Assembly: GCA_046596515.1 (NCBI GenBank)
Contig: JBKJMI010000118.1
Coordinates: 59,376 to 123,375 of the forward strand
Reading direction: 5' to 3'
Length of the DNA: 64,000 bases
From: Chitinophagaceae bacterium
GTDB taxonomy: Bacteria; Bacteroidota; Bacteroidia; Chitinophagales; Chitinophagaceae
The notes under the pieces were generated by a model. The model did no database searches, was not told the origin of the DNA, and saw only the letters and a list, made by a program, of their open reading frames with translations. Position numbers and translations under genes: made by a program. Shown here piece after piece: positions 59,048 to 64,000 of the stretch. Each line of letters begins with the position of its first letter. The stretch's first letter is position 1.

Positions 59048-59517
59048 TTCAATGTTCGCCTGATAAGCGAATCCAATTCCTTTTCTTTTAATTGTTCTTC
59101 CCGGAAGAATCGGAAACCAGTAGCGTTATTTATAAAAAGGCTGGCAGGTAGAGAGCCTGACCAGGAACTATCTATTCTCGGACAGAAATAATCTGCATTG
59201 GTCTCATTAAGCCAGCGTACTGGCGATTTGAATTTCCATTTAGCGACCGCTGCTGCAATTCCTTTGGGATATGCTTCCTTATAATCAAGGCTGACTAAAA
59301 TGAGCTGAATACTATCCTTATGTTTGGCTATTTCTTTTTCAAAATAAGGGATCTCCGCAACACAGGGCCCGCACCAGGTCGCCCAAAAATTAACGAGTAA
59401 GGGTTTTTTACTCTCATTAATGAATCGTTCAAGTTCAGTGATCTTCACAGGCTTTATCTCCTGGCAAAAACCTGAAAGACCAATCATTAAAACAAATAGC
59501 AGGAATATTTTTTTCAT
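59041..59517 (-). CDS. TlpA-like thiol-disulfide oxidoreductase
   Basis: Signal peptide, VNFWATWCGPCVAE, WSGSLPAS; likely start MKKIF at 59517. Confidence 0.9.
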   Translation of the reverse strand: MKKIFLLFVLMIGLSGFCQEIKPVKITELERFINESKKPLLVNFWATWCGPCVAEIPYFEKEIAKHKDSIQLILVSLDYKEAYPKGIAAAVAKWKFKSPVRWLNETNADYFCPRIDSSWSGSLPASLFINNATGFRFFREEQLKEKELDSLIRRTLNQ

Positions 59518-59527
59518 GTTCAATTTA

Positions 59528-60133
59528 TTAATGACACTCTTCGGTTCCTTCTGTATCCAGACTCCATTCTTCAAGTAATCGTTGCTTCATTTCATGATCC
59601 ATATTATCTCTGGAATAATGGCCTGCTGATTCTTTTTGCCGATAAGCTTCATATAAGGTGACGGCGCAGGCAACAGATATGTTTAGCGAACGAATGATAC
59701 CCTTCTGGGGAATAATAAAATTCCCATCTGCCAGTGTGCGAATATCTTCACTTACGCCTTTTTGTTCATTACCAAAAACCAGGGCTATGGGCTCCACCAT
59801 ATTGATCTCATATAATGTGATGGCATCACTGCTAAGATGAGTGGTCAGGATCTTCTTATATTTTTTACGAAGAGCAGTAAAACATTCCCCAGGATCGGAG
59901 AATTGATGAACTGTTAACCACTTGGCCGCGCTGGAAGAACTGCGAACCCCCCATTTCTTATGTGGAGGGATTTTATTATTGAGAATATATACTTCCTGAA
60001 TACCGACTGCATCACAGGTTCTCATGACGGCTGATATATTATGCGGATCAAAAACATTTTCAAGAACAACGGTAAGATCGGGTTGTCTTTTTTCTAAAAC
60101 GGTTATAAGCCTATGCCTTCTTTCCGGTGTCAT
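59528..60133 (-). CDS. trmH: tRNA (guanosine-2'-O)-methyltransferase, TrmH/SpoU family
   Basis: VLENVFDPHNISAVMRTCDA, LVFGNEQKGVS, IRSLNISVACAV; likely start MTPERR at 60133. Confidence 0.88.
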   Translation of the reverse strand: MTPERRHRLITVLEKRQPDLTVVLENVFDPHNISAVMRTCDAVGIQEVYILNNKIPPHKKWGVRSSSSAAKWLTVHQFSDPGECFTALRKKYKKILTTHLSSDAITLYEINMVEPIALVFGNEQKGVSEDIRTLADGNFIIPQKGIIRSLNISVACAVTLYEAYRQKESAGHYSRDNMDHEMKQRLLEEWSLDTEGTEECH

Positions 60134-60218
60134 GATCAGTCGCTGTTTAGCTTGCAAACTTCGGTAAATTAAGTATATTTAGAGATGGCTGATTCTGGCT
60201 ATAACAATATGCCCGCAT

Positions 60219-61676
60219 ATGAAATATTCCTCTGTTCAGAATTATATCAACGGGAAATTCGTCAATTCCTCCGGAACCCGAAGCCTTGATGTGATTTCTC
60301 CTATAGATGGCAATTTACTCTCTTCTGTTCCTCTTTCAGCAGCGATAGATCTTGATACAGCGGTAAATGCTGCCAAAGCTGCATTTACCTCCTGGAGCCG
60401 CATGCCTATTAAAGAAAGAGTACAGGTTTTTTTTCGCTATAAGACCCTACTTGAAAGAGATACGAAAGAGCTGGCACTGTTATGCAGTGAAGAGAATGGA
60501 AAAACATATGGTGAATCAGTTGCGGAAATTGAAAAATGCATAGAACTTACTGAATTTGCCACATCACTGCCTCAATTAATTACAGGCGAAGTTCTGGAGG
60601 TAAGCAGAGGGGTTGAATGCCGCACAGAACAACTACCATTGGGTGTTGTGGCCTCCATTGTTCCGTTTAATTTTCCAACGATGGTACCAAACTGGACCAT
60701 ACCCAATGCTCTGGCACTGGGCAATTGCATGATCATGAAGCCTTCAGAAAAAGTTCCATTGAGTTGTATTAAACTGGCACTCCTTTTAAAAGAAGCCGGA
60801 CTACCTGATGGTGTTTTCAATATCGTAAATGGAGACAGCGAGATCGTAAATGCGATCTGTGATCATCCTGGTATAGAGGCTGTCTCTTTTGTTGGATCTA
60901 CCAAGGTGGCCAAACTGGTTTATCAGCGGGCAACTCAAAGTCTAAAAAGAGCATTGGCATTGGGTGGTGCAAAAAATCATCTGATGGTTTTACCTGATGC
61001 AAAAGCGGATATGACAGCTCAGAATGTAGCTGCCAGTATGAGTGGCTGCGCAGGACAAAGATGTATGGCAGCAAGCGCTATGCTTGCCGTAGGTGAAGTG
61101 GATCATATCATCGCAAAGATCTGTGAAGAAGTAAAAAAGATAATACCCGGAGAAAACCTCGGGGCTGTGATCAATAAAGAATCACAACAAAGAATAGAAT
61201 TCTATATCACAGAAGCAGAAAAAGATGGCGCAAAAATTTTGGTGGATGGAAGAAATACAGTGGTAAAGGGAAAGGAAAAAGGAACCTACGTAGGTCCTAC
61301 CGTGATCGATTATGTAAAACCAGGAATGTCGGTAGCTAAGGAAGAAATTTTTGGTCCGGTGATCTCCATTCTCCGAACTAATACAGTGGATGAGGCCCTG
61401 GCAATAGAGAATGCAAGTCCTTATGGAAATGCGGCATCAGTTTTTACACAAAACGGTGGTATAGCCCGATATATAATCGACCATGCCAGCGCAGGTATGA
61501 TAGGTGTTAATGTGGGTGTACCTGTTCCACGGGAGCCTTTCTCATTTGGTGGATGGAACGAAAGTAAATTTGGTGTGGGTGATATCACAGGTAAGAGTTC
61601 TATTGGGTTCTGGACCAAGATAAAAAAATCTACTACCAAATGGAATCCGGAGGCGGGAGTGAATTGGATGAGCTGA
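60219..61676 (+). CDS. mmsA: CoA-acylating (methyl)malonate-semialdehyde dehydrogenase
   Basis: VPFNFP, KPSEKVP, SFVGST, GGAKNH, GCAGQRCMA, EEIFGPV, GVNVGVPVP, FSFGGWNESKFG. Confidence 0.92.
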   Translation: MKYSSVQNYINGKFVNSSGTRSLDVISPIDGNLLSSVPLSAAIDLDTAVNAAKAAFTSWSRMPIKERVQVFFRYKTLLERDTKELALLCSEENGKTYGESVAEIEKCIELTEFATSLPQLITGEVLEVSRGVECRTEQLPLGVVASIVPFNFPTMVPNWTIPNALALGNCMIMKPSEKVPLSCIKLALLLKEAGLPDGVFNIVNGDSEIVNAICDHPGIEAVSFVGSTKVAKLVYQRATQSLKRALALGGAKNHLMVLPDAKADMTAQNVAASMSGCAGQRCMAASAMLAVGEVDHIIAKICEEVKKIIPGENLGAVINKESQQRIEFYITEAEKDGAKILVDGRNTVVKGKEKGTYVGPTVIDYVKPGMSVAKEEIFGPVISILRTNTVDEALAIENASPYGNAASVFTQNGGIARYIIDHASAGMIGVNVGVPVPREPFSFGGWNESKFGVGDITGKSSIGFWTKIKKSTTKWNPEAGVNWMS

Positions 61677-61683
61677 CATATAC

Positions 61684-61713
61684 AGGTTGAGGGGTTGAGA
61701 AGGTTGAGGCTTG
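61684..61713 (+). repeat. G-rich 8-9 nt tandem array (GGTTGAG units) after the mmsA stop
   Basis: AGGTTGAG GGGTTGAG AAGGTTGAG GCTTG. Confidence 0.6.
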
Positions 61714-61747
61714 CTAGCTGGCAAGTTTATTGAATAAAATAATTATT

Positions 61748-63091
61748 ATGGATACAAAATCAATTACGCAATCACAAGAGATCATTAAGGATAATCTTGA
61801 TTATACTTTGTTCTCCTGGAGTAAACAAAAAGGCATCGCTCCACTTGCAGTTAGTCATGCGGAAGGGGTTTATCTCTACGATTATGAAGGGAACCGGCAT
61901 ATTGATTTTTCATCGGGTTTGATGAATGTGAATATTGGTCATGGCAATCAGCGTGTAACAGATGCTGTCATTAAACAAATGAGAGAAGTGGCCTATGTTA
62001 CTCCGAATTGTGTGACGAAAGTAAGAGGAGATCTTGGCAAAAAACTGGCTGAGATCTGTCCCGGCGATCTGAATAAAGCGTTTTTCACTTTATGTGGCGC
62101 CACCTCTATTGATAATGCTATCAAGTTGGCCAGAATCTATACAGGCCGGCATAAAATTTTCGCGCGTTATCAATCTTATCATGGAGCATCTATAGGCGCT
62201 ATGAGTGCAAGCGGAGATCCAAGAAGAATTCCGGTTGATTCTCAGCAAGCACCCAACTTCATTCATTTCGATCTTCCCTACGCCTACCGGTTTGAATATG
62301 GAGAGGAGAACCTTTTGAATTTCTCGGTTCAGTCTTTAGAAAAACAAATTACATATGAAGGACCAGGCACCATCGCAGCTATTTTATTGGAAGGACAATC
62401 AGGTACTTCCGGTTGTTTTCTATACCCGGATGGTTATCTGAAAGCGGTAAGAGCTCTTTGCGATAATTATGGGATACTGCTGATCTTTGATGAAGTTATG
62501 AGTGGTTTTGGCAGAACAGGAAAATGGTTCGGATTTATGCATCATGATATTATTCCTGATATGATCTGCACGGCCAAAGGCCTTACCTGTGGTTACCTTC
62601 CATTTGGATGTTTGATGGTTACTGATCGCATCGCTTCCAAATTTGATGATGCAGTGCTGCCATTGGGTCTTACCTACTCTGCTCATCCGGTAAGTTGTGC
62701 CGCTGCACTTGAAACTTTGCAGATATATGAAGATGAAGGCCTGATAGAAAATGCGGTAATCATGGGAAATTACCTGGATGAACAGATCGAAAAAATGAAA
62801 AAAGTACATCCAAGCATTGGTGATTGGAGAAACCAGGGTTTATTAGGCTGTCTTGAATTGGTAAAGAACAGAAAGACCAAAGAGCCAATGGCGCCATTCA
62901 ATGCTAAGCCAGATGAAATGGTAGTGATGAATAAAGTTGCAGCAAAGATCCGTGAAGCAGGCATGTACACTTTTGTTCGCTGGGGTTATGTTTTTATTGC
63001 ACCCCCATTGATTATTACCAAAAATCAAATTGATGAAGGACTGGCCATCATCAGCGAAGCGCTGAAGATCGCAGATGCTGAAGTCAGTTAA
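61748..63091 (+). CDS. Class III PLP aminotransferase (probable beta-alanine transaminase)
   Basis: DFSSGLMNVNIGHG, YQSYHG, LIFDEVMSGFGRTG, TAKGLTCGYLP, GLTYSAHP, APPLII; context with mmsA and NCS1. Confidence 0.88.
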   Translation: MDTKSITQSQEIIKDNLDYTLFSWSKQKGIAPLAVSHAEGVYLYDYEGNRHIDFSSGLMNVNIGHGNQRVTDAVIKQMREVAYVTPNCVTKVRGDLGKKLAEICPGDLNKAFFTLCGATSIDNAIKLARIYTGRHKIFARYQSYHGASIGAMSASGDPRRIPVDSQQAPNFIHFDLPYAYRFEYGEENLLNFSVQSLEKQITYEGPGTIAAILLEGQSGTSGCFLYPDGYLKAVRALCDNYGILLIFDEVMSGFGRTGKWFGFMHHDIIPDMICTAKGLTCGYLPFGCLMVTDRIASKFDDAVLPLGLTYSAHPVSCAAALETLQIYEDEGLIENAVIMGNYLDEQIEKMKKVHPSIGDWRNQGLLGCLELVKNRKTKEPMAPFNAKPDEMVVMNKVAAKIREAGMYTFVRWGYVFIAPPLIITKNQIDEGLAIISEALKIADAEVS

Positions 63092-63107
63092 ATAGAAATA
63101 ATAATAA

Positions 63108-64000
63108 ATGGATCCATCTCTCGTCAATGATGATCTTGCACCTGTTCCACCCGAGAAAAGAAGATGGGGCACCTGGAACTATGCGGCTCTATGGATCAGT
63201 ATGAGCCTTTGCATTCCAACTTATACAATGGCGAGTTCCATGATCAATAATGGAATGAACTGGTGGCAGGCTGTACTGACTATTTTTCTTGGAAATGCCA
63301 TTGTGCTTATTCCTATGTTATTAAATGGTCATGCCGGTGCCAAATATGGTATTCCATTTCCTGTTTTTGCCAGGGCAAGTTTTGGAACAAAAGGCGCAAA
63401 TATTCCAGCTATGCTCAGAGCCATTGTAGCCTGCGGTTGGTTTGGTATACAGACCTGGATCGGTGGTGAATCTCTTTATCATTTAATTCGGGCCTGGAAT
63501 CCGGATTTACCTCCTATTGATACAAGTACATTGATCCCTTCTGCCCCACCCTTAATTTGTTTTGGTATTTTTTGGTTGCTGAATATGTTTATTATTTATA
63601 AAGGGGTCGACAGTATCAGAAAATTACTTCAATTCAAAGCGATCTTTCTTCCATTTGCGGCCATCGCACTTTTTTGCTGGGCCATTATTGCTGCAAAAGG
63701 ACTGGGACCAATTCTGCGGGAACCATCAAAATTTTCAACTAATAAAGATTTCTTTACTTTCTTTTTTCCGGCACTAACTGCAGTAGTTGGATTCTGGGCT
63801 ACCCTATCACTTAATATTCCTGACTTCACCCGATATTCAAAATCGCAGAAAGCGCACCTGAGAGGACAGGCGATCGGACTGGCCCCTTCTATGACCTTAT
63901 TCGCTTTTATTGGCGTTGTAGTCACTTCCGCATCAGCAATTATTTATGGAAGTCCTGAGTGGGATCCGGTAAAACTGGCGGGAAAATTTGAAAGTAAATG
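63108..64000 (+). CDS. NCS1 family nucleobase:cation symporter (uracil/allantoin permease-like); 3'-partial
   Basis: Not in the track. Hand translation from ATG 63108: MDPSLVNDDLAPVPPEKRRWGTWNYAALWISM...GAKYGIPFPVFARASFGTKGA...GWFGIQTWIGG...WATLSLNIPDFTRY, open to the window end. Confidence 0.92.
   Translation, partial: MDPSLVNDDLAPVPPEKRRWGTWNYAALWISMSLCIPTYTMASSMINNGMNWWQAVLTIFLGNAIVLIPMLLNGHAGAKYGIPFPVFARASFGTKGANIPAMLRAIVACGWFGIQTWIGGESLYHLIRAWNPDLPPIDTSTLIPSAPPLICFGIFWLLNMFIIYKGVDSIRKLLQFKAIFLPFAAIALFCWAIIAAKGLGPILREPSKFSTNKDFFTFFFPALTAVVGFWATLSLNIPDFTRYSKSQKAHLRGQAIGLAPSMTLFAFIGVVVTSASAIIYGSPEWDPVKLAGKFESK

Overview
Gene-dense, AT-rich chromosomal segment of a Bacteroidota bacterium, most likely Chitinophagaceae. 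This is inferred from TAnnTTTG -7 promoter boxes, A-rich translation starts without obvious Shine-Dalgarno sequences, the TonB-dependent receptor types and the miaB-bEBP-lptE-secG gene order. It holds about 53 CDS, mostly housekeeping: panC/panB, ppk1/ppx, purM/purC, ribF, holA, prc, pcm, phosphoglucomutase, miaB, trhO, trmH, mltG, secG, lptE, three TonB-dependent receptors, a small glycosylation cluster and the start of a reductive pyrimidine/beta-alanine catabolic cluster. There is one tRNA-His. No integrase, transposase, prophage, rRNA or CRISPR was seen. Two real CDS absent from the ORF track run off the window ends: a GT5 glycogen-synthase-like gene (<1..692, minus) and an NCS1 permease (63108..>64000). 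Most interesting: (1) a module at 25.5-28.7 kb in which a signal-peptide-bearing Ppx/NTPDase-like (ASKHA-fold) enzyme sits between two paralogous membrane-anchored coiled-coil proteins; (2) a family of intergenic heptamer tandem arrays arranged as inverted arms (11.9 kb and 35.7 kb, with solo arms at 6.1 kb and 61.7 kb); (3) an ATP-grasp + LysE pair on the opposite strand between the two halves of a FadF/Hdr-like Fe-S oxidoreductase; (4) two sigma-54-like sites. All calls come from reading the sequence and recalling motifs; no database search was run.
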